A DNA stretch of 39,920 nucleotides, taken from assembly GCA_027081695.1 (NCBI GenBank), contig JALWJI010000153.1, positions 1 to 39,920 of the forward strand, given 5' to 3'. The translations under genes were made by a program, and so were the position numbers. How positions within the stretch are numbered: position 1 is the stretch's first letter; the number at the start of each line of letters is the position of its first letter. Of the stretch, positions 1 to 9,170 are shown one piece after another. The notes beneath the pieces were generated by a model. That model searched no databases. It saw only the letters and a program-made list of their open reading frames with translations, and was not told the DNA's origin. The stretch is from Acidilobaceae archaeon. Its GTDB lineage: Archaea > Thermoproteota > Thermoprotei_A > Sulfolobales > Acidilobaceae.

Positions 1-793
1 CACAGACCCAGCCTACGAGAGGATAGGACTCATAAGCCACGCCCGCCAAAAATACGAGCCCTATATACAAACAGCCAAACCACTACGAGACACGCCCGAA
101 GCAAGGAAAGCCGCAGAACTAGTAAACGAGTTCACGGAAAAAGCAATAAGGATACTCGACAAACACCCAGTCAACGAGCAACGAAGAAGAAAAGGACTCC
201 TACCAGCAAACGCCGTCCTACTACGAGATGCAGGAGACCGGCCCCCACAAACCGAGCCCTTCCAGGAAAAATACGGGTTCACAATGGCATCCATAGTAGA
301 AATGATAGTCGAAAGAGGAATAGCAAGAGCACTCCAACTCCACGACATACAAGTAAAAGTAGAAGGAAGAACCAAAAAAGAAATACTCATAGAAGAAGCA
401 GAAAAAGCCGCAAAAGCACTAGAAAAATACGCCGGCATATACGTACACCTCAAAGGACCAGACGAGCCAGGACACGACGGCGACCTCCAAGGAAAAATAA
501 AAGCAATAGAAGAAATAGACAAGTACTTCTTCGGAACAATACTAGACCACATAGACAGGAATAACACCGTCATAATAATAACAAGCGACCATGCCACACC
601 ATGGTACATGAAATCACACAGCAGCGACCCCGTACCACTACTAGTATCACATCCAAGCTTCAAAGGACCTGGAAAATTCCACGAACAAGCATGCAGAGAA
701 AACCTAGAACTAGGAATCCTAGAAGGAGGCTACAAAATCCTACCCACAGTAATACAGCTAGTAAGAGAAAAACTAGGCTCCCAAATCAAATAA
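1..793 (+). CDS. apgM: 2,3-bisphosphoglycerate-independent phosphoglycerate mutase, archaeal type (5' truncated by window edge)
   Basis: Frame open from nt 2 (TDPAYERIG...HPVNEQRRRKGLLPANAVLLRDAG); C-terminal metal motifs HLKGPDEPGHDG, TSDHATP and HSSDPVP. Confidence 0.93.
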   Translation, partial: TDPAYERIGLISHARQKYEPYIQTAKPLRDTPEARKAAELVNEFTEKAIRILDKHPVNEQRRRKGLLPANAVLLRDAGDRPPQTEPFQEKYGFTMASIVEMIVERGIARALQLHDIQVKVEGRTKKEILIEEAEKAAKALEKYAGIYVHLKGPDEPGHDGDLQGKIKAIEEIDKYFFGTILDHIDRNNTVIIITSDHATPWYMKSHSSDPVPLLVSHPSFKGPGKFHEQACRENLELGILEGGYKILPTVIQLVREKLGSQIK

Positions 794-805
794 CCACAAA
801 GAAAC

Positions 806-1366
806 TCAACTCTCAACAAACACCCTAACAATATCAGTAGCACCAAGAGACTCAGCCAGCTCCAACACAATCCTCCTCATATTATCACGTATATCACTGA
901 CATCATACCCCAACCTCTCATAATAATAAGCCCTCAAAAGAGTGGCAAGAGACTCAGCCAACCTAGCCACCCGGGCCTCAATACTCGCCCCCTCCTCAAA
1001 CTCCTTAAACAACAACCTAACGCCGTCATGGATCTCCAACAATTCCAAAGCCCTCTCCTCAGCCCTCCTCTTCTCCTCCCTAGAAATACCAGAAGTCTTA
1101 GCAATATCCCCCACGACAACCTCACCAATATCATGAACTAAGGCAATAGCAGCCGCCTTCCAAGGATCAATACTAACACCACGATCACGCAGGCGCAAAG
1201 ACACCTCCAACGCCAACAAGGCCGCAGAAAAACTATGCTCCGCGACAACCTCACCAATACTAGGAGGCACACCCCTAATCATCCAACCAGTCCTAACAAG
1301 AGAAGAAAGACCCACAATAACCTCGTCAAGACCCAGCCTACCACCAGACACCGCTCGCCACCACAC
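806..1366 (-). CDS. HD-domain hydrolase, YfbR/HDDC2-like 5'-deoxynucleotidase
   Basis: RTGW...VAEHSF...ALVHDIGEVVVGDI motifs; start uncertain. Confidence 0.85.
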   Translation of the reverse strand: MWWRAVSGGRLGLDEVIVGLSSLVRTGWMIRGVPPSIGEVVAEHSFSAALLALEVSLRLRDRGVSIDPWKAAAIALVHDIGEVVVGDIAKTSGISREEKRRAEERALELLEIHDGVRLLFKEFEEGASIEARVARLAESLATLLRAYYYERLGYDVSDIRDNMRRIVLELAESLGATDIVRVFVES

Positions 1367-1367
1367 T

Positions 1368-2120
1368 CTAGTATCCTAATACACCATACTCTAAGCTCTT
1401 AAGACTCGCCGGAACAGGCCTATTATAATATAATGCCTCCTTGATACGAGTATAATCATCCTCGGAAACCATATACACACGGACAAGATAAGCCACACAC
1501 GAAGGAGTAGCACTAGCAGCTATAAGGCCGCCCTCGACCAACAAGTCTAACGCTGACTCAACATCAGGCTTCGACAACCCGCAAGCCTTCTCTGGATGAG
1601 TATGAAGATTCGCAGTAGAAGACACAAAAGGCAACCTAACCCTATACTTTTCCCCCTCGAATAGGGCCACCTCACCCGTCTCAAGATAAATAAACATATA
1701 CTCGATTCCGCTTAAAGAAGTCTCAACCGCCCTACGCCTAAACAGCTCCTTATCAAGCATCAACAATTCAATACTGGCTCGATAAAGGTTCCTAATACTC
1801 GAATCCCCAAACCCAGGCCTCAACACAACATCAAACGAAATACTACCACTCTCATACCTCCTATAAACATCGTCCCCAACATCACTATGATAAAACTCGA
1901 CACGGCCAGACTCCAGTAGACGCTCCGGATAATACAAGACTTCATCCTTTAAACTCCAACTAAAAGTAGCCCTCTCCCAATCGAGTCCCTCATCTTCAAC
2001 CAAGAACTCCAAAGTAGTCAAAGCCCCATAGAGGACTGCGAGAGAAAGCGACGCCCTAGTACGCAAAAGCTTTTGCTCCTTACCACCCATCGTCCACAAC
2101 CCAGGGAACAGCCATACCAT
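1368..2120 (-). CDS. Hypothetical protein with C-terminal JAB/MPN+ (JAMM) metal-binding motif
   Basis: HTHPEKACGLSKPD fits HxH-x7-S-x2-D, with an upstream Glu (GIEY); alternative start ATG at 2090. Confidence 0.65.
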   Translation of the reverse strand: MVWLFPGLWTMGGKEQKLLRTRASLSLAVLYGALTTLEFLVEDEGLDWERATFSWSLKDEVLYYPERLLESGRVEFYHSDVGDDVYRRYESGSISFDVVLRPGFGDSSIRNLYRASIELLMLDKELFRRRAVETSLSGIEYMFIYLETGEVALFEGEKYRVRLPFVSSTANLHTHPEKACGLSKPDVESALDLLVEGGLIAASATPSCVAYLVRVYMVSEDDYTRIKEALYYNRPVPASLKSLEYGVLGY

Positions 2121-2205
2121 ACTAACAGGTTCACAATCCTACTATATAATTACCCGGGAATATATTCACACTATCATAGGAGACAAGAGAACAGAGGTTC
2201 CATTC

Positions 2206-2619
2206 ATGAAACAAAGAAAAAAGAAACAAACTATAACAAAGGAATCCATCATCGCGCTAATAGACGAAATAGGAATCATAGTAGCAGCAATCCTAATAGT
2301 CCTCTACATGCTCTACAGAGAAAACCTTCTATCAATAGAAAACCTCCTAATCATAGCGTCGATAACCATACTCGCGTCAATATTCGTCTCCTACAAGATA
2401 ATAGAAACCTATAGAAAACCACCGGCAATAGGAGAAGAGGAACTCATAGGAAAGAAAGGACTAGTAATAGAAGACCTTGATCCAGAAGGAAAAATACTCA
2501 TAGAAGGAGAAATATGGAGGGCAAGATCCATATCAGGCCATATACGAGCAAACAAAGAAGTCATAGTACGAGGAGTAGAGGGCCTAACCCTGATAGTGGA
2601 GGAAATACAAAATGAGTAA
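2206..2619 (+). CDS. NfeD family membrane protein (short form: TM helices plus C-terminal OB fold)
   Basis: Two hydrophobic segments, then GEEELIGKKGLVIEDLDPEGKILIEGEIWRA...VRGVEGLTLIVE. Confidence 0.85.
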   Translation: MKQRKKKQTITKESIIALIDEIGIIVAAILIVLYMLYRENLLSIENLLIIASITILASIFVSYKIIETYRKPPAIGEEELIGKKGLVIEDLDPEGKILIEGEIWRARSISGHIRANKEVIVRGVEGLTLIVEEIQNE

Positions 2620-2983
2620 ATGCCCCTGTAGAAAAGAGACAGATCCATACGATCTACTAATATGTCTCGCACCCCCAGCTGGAGAATACGAGACCGCTAT
2701 ACAGCTAGGCGAGAATCTAAGACTAGTAATCAATAACACAGGATTATACATTAGGAGAATCTCTACAGACGAGTTCCTCCCCTACATCAACACATACGAT
2801 AAAAAGATCGATAAAGAAACCCTCAAGGCCTACAACATCACACAAGAAAAAATCAATACACTAATCTGTAAAAACATACAGAATCTAGAAGACGCAGCAC
2901 TACACGGGTCAACCAAAGCCAAAGACCTATTGGAGACATGTAACCAGCTAATAGAGGAAATACGAGAAAAATATTGTAAATAG
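2612..2983 (+). CDS. Hypothetical protein (123 aa, 6 Cys)
   Basis: ATG overlaps the end of nfeD by 8 nt, GGAGG Shine-Dalgarno upstream, codon usage like neighbours. Confidence 0.7.
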   Translation: MSKCPCRKETDPYDLLICLAPPAGEYETAIQLGENLRLVINNTGLYIRRISTDEFLPYINTYDKKIDKETLKAYNITQEKINTLICKNIQNLEDAALHGSTKAKDLLETCNQLIEEIREKYCK

Positions 2984-3022
2984 TATGGATACCCTACTAG
3001 TCCTCCTCTAAATACAGCGAAT

Positions 3023-4261
3023 TCACTTTATGTATTCCCGTCCAATAACTTCCCTAGCAATAATGTACCTCATAATGTTCTGTGCTCCCTCAGCACCGAC
3101 ATAGTATGATAATGCCCCTATGAAGCTCCTAGCGATATTAGTCTCCTTTACATATGAAGCGGCTCCATACAGGCTCATCGCTAGCGATAGTATCTTGAAT
3201 GACGTCTGTACAGCTTTGAGTTTAGCCGAGGCCGAGAAGAAGTTCAGGTCCTTAGGCTTTAGCCCGGGCTCCTTCTTGATATAGATCCTGTCGGCCATCC
3301 AAGCAGCCTTGTATACGAGAAGTCTCGCGGCTTCTAGCTCCATAGCAGCCTCTGCAATAGGGAAGCTTACACCCTGGAACTTGGTTATCGGGCGCTGATC
3401 CTCGTACATTAATCTACCACGACTCCACTCGATCGCTTGCTCAAGGCCCCATCTAGCCGCTCCAATATTAGCTGCCGCAACCAGTATTCTTGCAAGAGTA
3501 AACCCTTCCATAGCATAGTAGAATCCTCTATTCTCCTCGCCTACAAGCATTGAGGCCGGTATCTCCGCATCCTTAAACGTTAACATGCCGGTGGATATAC
3601 CGTGTCTTCCAATAGTATTCAGAATAGAATACTCTAATCCTCCAAGCTTCTTACCCTTATAGTTTCCTACAAGTGCGAAAGCACTAATACCCTTATGACG
3701 ATCCTCTAACCGCCCAGTTCTCGCGATAAGATACCATCCTCCAAGCTCTAATTGTTCCATGCTCTCCCTTACTCCACTTATGTAGATCTTCTCACCATTC
3801 AGAACGTATTTATCTCCCTTCTTAATAGCCATGGTCCGTGTTCCAGCAACATCGCTACCGCCATGAGGCTCCGTAGAAGCTATACCGAAGAAACCCCTAC
3901 CATTACCTACAAGAGGAAGTATCATCTGCTTAGCCTCATCAGTACCATACAGCGAGAGTATAAATGGCCAGGCATTGTTAAGTAGTGTATACACAGCCAC
4001 TGCAACAGATGGATCATGATAAGCAATTTCTTCTACAGCTATAGCTGCAGAAACAAAATCACCGCCTTGGCCCCCATATTCTTCTGGTACAGGTATTCCG
4101 AAGAACCCTTGTTCACCCATCCTATATATTAGATCAGTAGGTATCCTATGCTCCTCGTCTATCTTGTCCCAAATAGGCGCAAGATGTTTCGCAAGAAACT
4201 CGCGGACCGCCTCCTGGAAAATCTTCTGCTCCTCATTAAACTCAAAGTTTACCAAGTACAA
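3023..4261 (-). CDS. Acyl-CoA dehydrogenase family protein
   Basis: GIPVPEEYGGQG, ASTEPHGGSD, LNGEKIYIS, FQGVSF and EGAQNIMRYIIA motifs; TTG start with GAGGGG SD. Confidence 0.93.
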   Translation of the reverse strand: MYLVNFEFNEEQKIFQEAVREFLAKHLAPIWDKIDEEHRIPTDLIYRMGEQGFFGIPVPEEYGGQGGDFVSAAIAVEEIAYHDPSVAVAVYTLLNNAWPFILSLYGTDEAKQMILPLVGNGRGFFGIASTEPHGGSDVAGTRTMAIKKGDKYVLNGEKIYISGVRESMEQLELGGWYLIARTGRLEDRHKGISAFALVGNYKGKKLGGLEYSILNTIGRHGISTGMLTFKDAEIPASMLVGEENRGFYYAMEGFTLARILVAAANIGAARWGLEQAIEWSRGRLMYEDQRPITKFQGVSFPIAEAAMELEAARLLVYKAAWMADRIYIKKEPGLKPKDLNFFSASAKLKAVQTSFKILSLAMSLYGAASYVKETNIARSFIGALSYYVGAEGAQNIMRYIIAREVIGREYIK

Positions 4262-4367
4262 TCCCCTCGTTTATGATCCAGAAATATCTCCTAGACGAGG
4301 AAAATAAAATCTATCAATAACTAGTCGATATATAGACATAGAATAGATTGAGGCAAGAGGAAAACCA

Positions 4368-4559
4368 CTACTTGAACTGCTTAGTCTTAAGTTTCTTTAT
4401 CCACGTCAGCTTGTTTGGATTCCTCCTAAGCTTCATGAAGTTCTTATAGCACTTGCTGCTACAGAACCAGAGCACGTCTCCCTTACGTGTCACAAACATT
4501 AACCCTGTCCCCGGCTCTATTACCCTACCACAGTAGTTGCATGTCCTCATCTTCGGCAT
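4368..4559 (-). CDS. rpl24e: 50S ribosomal protein L24e
   Basis: CNYCGRVIEPGTGLMFV...FCSSKC...RNPNKLTW. Confidence 0.96.
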   Translation of the reverse strand: MPKMRTCNYCGRVIEPGTGLMFVTRKGDVLWFCSSKCYKNFMKLRRNPNKLTWIKKLKTKQFK

Positions 4560-4652
4560 CTTCCTCTACCTCCCAGACCGGCATGGGCCCTTCTAGGGAT
4601 ATAATAGTTTTAATAGTACACATTCCTATTCTTGGTCAAGGGGAGAAGGAAG

Positions 4653-4889
4653 ATGCCAGAAGACGAGAGCATCATCGAGGAGATCGGATACCCTGCCGAG
4701 GTAATCCAGATAATCGGTAGAACCGGAGTAGCAGGAGAGGTAACACAGGTAAGAGTCAGGATACTAGAAGGGAGAGACAAAGGAAGAATAATAACGAGAA
4801 ACGTGCTCGGAGCCGTCCGTAAAGGAGACATACTAATACTCAGAGAGACAGAAAGAGAAGCAAGAAAACTAAGTAGGAGAAGACGCTAG
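4653..4889 (+). CDS. rps28e: 30S ribosomal protein S28e
   Basis: [39 protein letters not shown]...[11 protein letters not shown] 4653 preferred to TTG 4632. Confidence 0.96.
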   Translation: MPEDESIIEEIGYPAEVIQIIGRTGVAGEVTQVRVRILEGRDKGRIITRNVLGAVRKGDILILRETEREARKLSRRRR

Positions 4890-4892
4890 CAC

Positions 4893-5780
4893 CTAACCCC
4901 TCCTAATTATCCAAGGACTAGCATCTCTATCAACAATTATCATCTTAGTTTTCTCCAACTCTACAAGATAACCAACAAGCGTTCTCAAAGGCATAAACAT
5001 CTGAATGCTCGGACCAAATCCATAAATCTCTCTCATCAACTCATCAAGACTTATTTCGCCACGCTCCGCTACTACTTTTATTATGTCATATACTCTACGA
5101 CACCTAGAGACTACTAGCTCCCGGGCAACTCTATACACTATGTTCCTGTCTAGCGGTCTACCATGACCAGGATACAACGTCCTCCACTCAACCGACAATA
5201 TTTTAAGAATAGAGTCCCTATGGGCCTCAAAATCAATTATCGTCGGTCTACCAGGCTCTAGTACAGTATCACCGGCAAATATACTATCTCCGAGAACATA
5301 GCAAACATGGTCAATACTATGACCATGGCAGGGTACAATATCCACTATACCTTCCCTAACAAGAGGACATTCATCATCTAAATAAACCCGTGCTCGCTCC
5401 AGAGCCTCAGCGACCTTATCATATCTCTCCGAGAACATAGCCTCTACCATTTTTACCGACGGCTCGTCAATATATATGCCACCTGCTCTTAAAACATTTC
5501 TAAATCTTTCAGCGTACCGGCCTTCGGATAGAATACTAAACGTCTTACTACTCATACATATAGGGGAACGTGTTAAAGACACGATCCCCATAATATGATC
5601 CCAATGCCAATGCGTAATTAAAATATAATCGGGTTCCTCTTCTATAGGAGGTCTAGGTTTTGCACCGGTATCAACTAGGATACGTTTGTCCTTTATCTTG
5701 ACCATGTATAGAATAGAGGGATCGGATAGAGGGAATTCTAATGTCTTGTAAGTTTTTACATCTATATCATTACCGCTCAT
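4893..5780 (-). CDS. MBL-fold metallo-hydrolase with probable C-terminal winged helix
   Basis: LVDTG, THWHWDH, HGHS, AGD and PGHG motifs. Confidence 0.88.
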   Translation of the reverse strand: MSGNDIDVKTYKTLEFPLSDPSILYMVKIKDKRILVDTGAKPRPPIEEEPDYILITHWHWDHIMGIVSLTRSPICMSSKTFSILSEGRYAERFRNVLRAGGIYIDEPSVKMVEAMFSERYDKVAEALERARVYLDDECPLVREGIVDIVPCHGHSIDHVCYVLGDSIFAGDTVLEPGRPTIIDFEAHRDSILKILSVEWRTLYPGHGRPLDRNIVYRVARELVVSRCRRVYDIIKVVAERGEISLDELMREIYGFGPSIQMFMPLRTLVGYLVELEKTKMIIVDRDASPWIIRRG

Positions 5781-5913
5781 TATAATCTCGTCCCCCCGAA
5801 TCCATTATTTCGGGTTCCGTGATATAAAACACGTTATCTACTATACGCCTACTACACTGAGACAACTAATATTAATTCGAATAGTCTCCCCACATACTCC
5901 CGAGGTGATATAA

Positions 5914-6342
5914 ATGGCAGTAGAAAAAACCCTAGTCTTAGTAAAACCAGACGGTGTCAAGAGGGGGCTCATAGGAGAAGTAATCTCGAGGTTTGAAAAG
6001 AAAGGACTAAAAATACGAGCTCTCAAAATGATATGGCTAAGCAAAGAAAAAGCACAAGAATTCTATAGTGTTCACAAAGACAAGCCCTTCTTCAATGACC
6101 TCGTAGAATTCATAACGAGTGGTCCAATAGTAGCTATGGTGCTAGAAGGAGACAGCGCTATTAGCGTTGTACGACTAATGATCGGGGCAACAGACGGAAG
6201 AAAAGCAGCTCCAGGCACTATTAGAGGAGACTTCGCATTATCAATCCAAGACAACGTTGTACACGCTAGCGATAGTCCGGAGAGCTTTGAGAGAGAATTC
6301 AAGGTAATATTCACGGAGTCGGAAATAGTGCCCGAGTACTAG
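5914..6342 (+). CDS. ndk: Nucleoside diphosphate kinase
   Basis: [26 protein letters not shown] and NVVHASDS (catalytic His). Confidence 0.97.
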   Translation: MAVEKTLVLVKPDGVKRGLIGEVISRFEKKGLKIRALKMIWLSKEKAQEFYSVHKDKPFFNDLVEFITSGPIVAMVLEGDSAISVVRLMIGATDGRKAAPGTIRGDFALSIQDNVVHASDSPESFEREFKVIFTESEIVPEY

Positions 6343-6358
6343 ATATAGAGAAACAAGG

Positions 6359-8203
6359 TTATTTTTGCATCTTTAATTTTAATAGAACTCTTTTATAAGC
6401 CACGTCTCCTTGATTCTTCTTTATCTGTGCTATTTCTTTCAGTACCTCTAACTCGTCCTTACTAATAAGATCCTTAAACTCATTCAAGATCCTGAACGCG
6501 TGTTCGCCCGGCACATTAGTATAGAGTATATCGCCCTCATCTACGTGGCGCCCAACAAGTATTCTTCCCTGAATAGATACTGCTACAGCGCTTCCAAGCC
6601 TCGCCTCCGGCAAGCTCCTGTCCCTATCCTTAATAGCCTGTATTCTTCCAAGAGGTCTTCCCTGAGAATCCATAACAGGATAACCAGGCCTTATCACGCC
6701 ACCGAGAACCTCTACACCAACTATAGCAGGGTTGCTTCTCCTAAACACATACCCTGGAATAATCCTGAACTTCCCCGGCCTTACCAGCTGGTTTAGCGCC
6801 TCAATCCTCTCCCTTTGTTTCTCCGCCTTTATCCATTCTTCATACTCTTCTAAGAGCCTATAGATAACATTATTAGCGAATATCTTGACTCCCGCTCTCT
6901 TAGCCTCCTCCTCGGCCTCTGGCAAGATCTTAACATTAAACGCTAGTATAACTCCTAGATACTTGTCATGCTTCTTTGTAATACTCGCGTCTATAACATC
7001 CGTTCTCGATACAGGCCCTATGTCAGCTATCCTAACAGGAATATTCCTCCTCTTCAAAGCCTCAACCAATGCCTCAAGCGTACCTAGCGTATCCGCCTTT
7101 ACAACAACGCCTGTAATATCAGTCCTAATCCTAAGCTCCTCAAGCTCCTTTCTAACACGCTCCTTAAGCTCCTCAAGCTCTTCCTCAGTGCGTGCTACAA
7201 AGAGGGGAGAACCAGCAAGAGCCTCATCTAGCCCGGACGCGGCAATTCTCACACCGGCCGCGGCATAAACTGCATCCACATTCTCGAACTTAACATCCTT
7301 AGACCGTATATCCTGCAACGGTTTAGGCATCAATAACGCTTTCACAGTTGTTACTATAGGCCCGTTCTTACCCCCTACGACAATAGTATCGCCTGTGCGA
7401 ATAACCCCATCATATATAACTGCATCCGCAACTGTACCAAGGCCAGGATACTCTTTGAGCTCCAATATCACGCCCTTGGCAGGGCCTTCAGCGTATCTTA
7501 GACGGTTTCGCAGATACTGCTGTGTTAATCCGGCCAGCACAGTTAATAGATCAGCTATACCCTCACCTGTTCTAGCAGAGACAGGTACTATTGCCGCCGC
7601 TTTAGTGAAGTCTTTAATCCTAGTGAATAGCTCAGCAGGAATACCCTGCTCGTATAGCTTGCCTACAAGCTCATACACTTTCTGTTCTAGTAGGGCCTGG
7701 GCCTGGGGATCTTGCTTCCTATACGATATTATGAATGGGGTGTCTGGATGGCTTTTCCAGCCCGGTATACGATCAATCTTATTAGCTGCTACTAGGAAGG
7801 GTACCCTTCTTTCCTTCAACAATTCAAGCGCCTCATATGTCTGGGGCTGGAAACCCTCCATGATATCAACAACAAGAATCGCGAAATCTGCTACGCTCCC
7901 ACCACGCCTCCTTAGATTAGAGAAGAGTTCGTGGCCAGGAGTATCAATGAACAAGAGGCCGGGGATTATCAATTTAATAGGAATTATCTGCTTAAGAGGC
8001 TCCGCTATCTTCTCGATCACATCGGCAGGAACAAGACTAGCACCTATGTGCTGTGTGATTCCACCAGCCTCCTTCGCTGTTACTGCAGTCTTCCTTATCT
8101 TGTCTAAAAGAGTCGTCTTCCCGTGATCCACGTGGCCAAGTACAACTACTATTGGTTGTCTGAGCCTCTTTTCTTTTTGTACAGCATCTGTCGTGTTACT
8201 CAT
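6359..8203 (-). CDS. infB: Translation initiation factor aIF5B (IF-2)
   Basis: RQPIVVVLGHVDHGKTTLLD, EAGGITQHIGA, DTPGHE and NKID; 614 aa, no intein. Confidence 0.97.
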   Translation of the reverse strand: MSNTTDAVQKEKRLRQPIVVVLGHVDHGKTTLLDKIRKTAVTAKEAGGITQHIGASLVPADVIEKIAEPLKQIIPIKLIIPGLLFIDTPGHELFSNLRRRGGSVADFAILVVDIMEGFQPQTYEALELLKERRVPFLVAANKIDRIPGWKSHPDTPFIISYRKQDPQAQALLEQKVYELVGKLYEQGIPAELFTRIKDFTKAAAIVPVSARTGEGIADLLTVLAGLTQQYLRNRLRYAEGPAKGVILELKEYPGLGTVADAVIYDGVIRTGDTIVVGGKNGPIVTTVKALLMPKPLQDIRSKDVKFENVDAVYAAAGVRIAASGLDEALAGSPLFVARTEEELEELKERVRKELEELRIRTDITGVVVKADTLGTLEALVEALKRRNIPVRIADIGPVSRTDVIDASITKKHDKYLGVILAFNVKILPEAEEEAKRAGVKIFANNVIYRLLEEYEEWIKAEKQRERIEALNQLVRPGKFRIIPGYVFRRSNPAIVGVEVLGGVIRPGYPVMDSQGRPLGRIQAIKDRDRSLPEARLGSAVAVSIQGRILVGRHVDEGDILYTNVPGEHAFRILNEFKDLISKDELEVLKEIAQIKKNQGDVAYKRVLLKLKMQK

Positions 8204-8289
8204 ATTCTACTCACCCAACTTGCTACAGTGTAGGATAAACATTAATTAGGCGTTTGGACGACTTGAATCACCTTGACTGCACACGATCT

Positions 8290-8314
8290 GGTCGGGGATA
8301 GGAAGGCCCCGACC
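8290..8314 (+). promoter_or_regulatory. GC-rich hairpin in the rps6e 5' leader
   Basis: GGTCGGGG (8290-8297) pairs perfectly with CCCCGACC (8307-8314); SD GAGGTG at 8322-8327. Confidence 0.5.
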
Positions 8315-8334
8315 GGGATACGAGGTGGAAAGAA

Positions 8335-9042
8335 ATGTCATATGAGGAGAGACCCCCACTTAGAATAGTCATTTCGGATCCAAAGGCCGGAGACAAAGTA
8401 GTAAAGGTAAAGGTAGTAGGAGTAGAGGACATAGAGCTAAAAGACACAATGGTCAAAAGCAAAGATAAAGAAAGAACAGAGCTACCCATAGCAAGAATAA
8501 ATGAAAAACTAGCCGACGAGCTAGGCCTAAAAGAAGTAGGAGTCCTTACACTACGATTCAGGGGAGAAGAAGGAAAACGCACTAATATCAGCTTCAAGGT
8601 AGAGATAAACAACGACGTCCCAGAGAATACAGTACAAGTAAGCATGGAGCTCCTCGGAGAAGTAGCAGGCGATCTAGAAGCAGAGGCTGAAGCCTTCCGG
8701 GCAAAAGCCTGGCAAATCGCTGTGCCCGAAGACGTCGCAATAAAACTTGCAGGGCTACAAATAGGAGAAACCTTCGACGGTAGCTTGATCGGAATGGAAG
8801 GCCTACGCTTCAAAATAAGAGGAGGCTCCGACGCTTCAGGATTCCCAATGCACCCAGGAGTACCGGGAAGCGGAAAGAAGAAAGTACTGCTATCAGGTCC
8901 CCCAGGATACAGGCCGAGGAGAAAAGGAGAGAGAAAGAGAAAAACAGTGAGAGGAAGAGTCATACCAGATCCACGAGGAGAAAGAAGAAAGACCGCTCTA
9001 GCGCAGTTAAACGTAGTGATATACTACGAGAAAGAATCCTAA
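8335..9042 (+). CDS. rps6e: 30S ribosomal protein S6e (long crenarchaeal form)
   Basis: IVISDP...KIRGGSDASGFPMHPGV...GERKRKTVRG...QLN. Confidence 0.95.
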   Translation: MSYEERPPLRIVISDPKAGDKVVKVKVVGVEDIELKDTMVKSKDKERTELPIARINEKLADELGLKEVGVLTLRFRGEEGKRTNISFKVEINNDVPENTVQVSMELLGEVAGDLEAEAEAFRAKAWQIAVPEDVAIKLAGLQIGETFDGSLIGMEGLRFKIRGGSDASGFPMHPGVPGSGKKKVLLSGPPGYRPRRKGERKRKTVRGRVIPDPRGERRKTALAQLNVVIYYEKES

Positions 9043-9170
9043 TTTTCCTATCAAACTCTGGAACCATGATTTTGACAAGTACAGATCCTTGAAACCCGTA
9101 GCTTTATCTCCAGGAAAACCCTATGATTTAAACTCCTAACACTACCATTTCTCTGGATGGGGTGTAGTAA

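Noticed and set aside
61..663. 200-aa minus-strand ORF and other long antisense ORFs (e.g. 7395-8126, 8268-8963, 9656-10288, 16759-17412, 27248-28087)
   Set aside because: They are shadows of well-identified genes on the opposite strand, with Ser/Phe/Leu-rich antisense composition and no motifs.
4263..4272. CCCCTCGTTT, matching the G-string half of ORB2/ORB4
   Set aside because: It lacks the TCCA half of the dyad and is explained as the SD (GAGGGG) of the acyl-CoA dehydrogenase gene.
6359..8203. Possible intein in infB (also considered for cdc6)
   Set aside because: Both proteins are of normal length, with no splice-junction or LAGLIDADG insertion.
8335..9042. S6e nearly twice the length of euryarchaeal S6e
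   Set aside because: A long S6e with an internal insertion is normal for crenarchaea.
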